Part shown: one piece after another, positions 63,566 through 64,000 of the stretch | Position numbering within the stretch: the first letter of the stretch is position 1 | How the letters are laid out: each line of letters opens with the position of its first letter | Source of the DNA: Veleropilina oligotropha | Lineage: Eukaryota | Assembly: GCA_048128005.1 (NCBI GenBank) | Contig: JBEUKZ010000009.1 | Coordinates: 186,001 to 250,000 of the forward strand | Direction of reading: 5' to 3' | DNA length: 64,000 bases | Notes under the pieces: model-generated | The model's database searches: none | Told to the model about the DNA's origin: nothing | Seen by the model: only the letters and a program-made list of their open reading frames with translations | Translations under genes and position numbers: made by a program

Positions 63566-64000
63566 AAAAACTAAGTAAAAAAGCCTCCCTCGTCACTTTT
63601 TGCAGCAATATACAAGAAGAAGAAAAAGCCTCCCTCATAACTTTTTTTCAAAAAGTGCCTGAGAATCTAAAAATTATGCAACCTAAAATCAATATCTAGC
63701 CATATGACGATGTTTCGCGCTGTCAACAGTTGTTTTAAATCGAAATTTACATGTTTATAGTACTCGCTTCAGGGACCGATGGAGGCGGCCATCTTGCAAG
63801 CGCAAAATAAGTATCTCACTGGAGGGCTAATAAGCGATTGCAATTGGCTGAAATTCAGCGGGTCGTTGTAAGATAACGTGCTTTAATCGCTTGGCGTTTT
63901 ACAATGCACCCCAGTTAAAACATATGGTATAGAAACACACAAGCAAGGATTAACACCGCTACCTTTTTGCCCCTCTTCGACCCCCTCCATAAAGGCTGTC

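Overview
Animal (probably marine invertebrate) genomic DNA: AT-rich, repeat-dense host sequence carrying the 3' part of a minus-strand RECQL5 gene. Six phase-consistent exons were reconstructed by eye, at 58370 down to 10253. The 33-kb intron that splits the RECQL5 SRI domain contains a complete, GC-rich, 17,266-bp endogenous Polinton-like/Maverick-type virus (32932-50197). The virus has AG...CT termini, about 185-bp TIRs and a 5-bp TSD (AAATT). It encodes a retroviral-type integrase, an A32/FtsK packaging ATPase, probable major and minor capsid proteins, several membrane proteins and a secreted Cys-rich protein. The most unusual part is its replication gene: after correcting three frameshifts, one ~1,300-aa ORF joins an HeH/Rho-N-like N-terminus, an OTU-like protease module, a highly divergent family-B polymerase core with no visible exonuclease motifs, a Pif1/RecD-like SF1 helicase and a C-terminal HNH-like nuclease. 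The virus sits inside a stack of nested host non-autonomous elements and itself carries a hAT-like MITE. The rest of the window is HINE/Helentron-like repeats, MITEs, SINEs, RTE-LINE fragments and a Penelope fragment. All family assignments come from motif recognition by eye; no searches were run.
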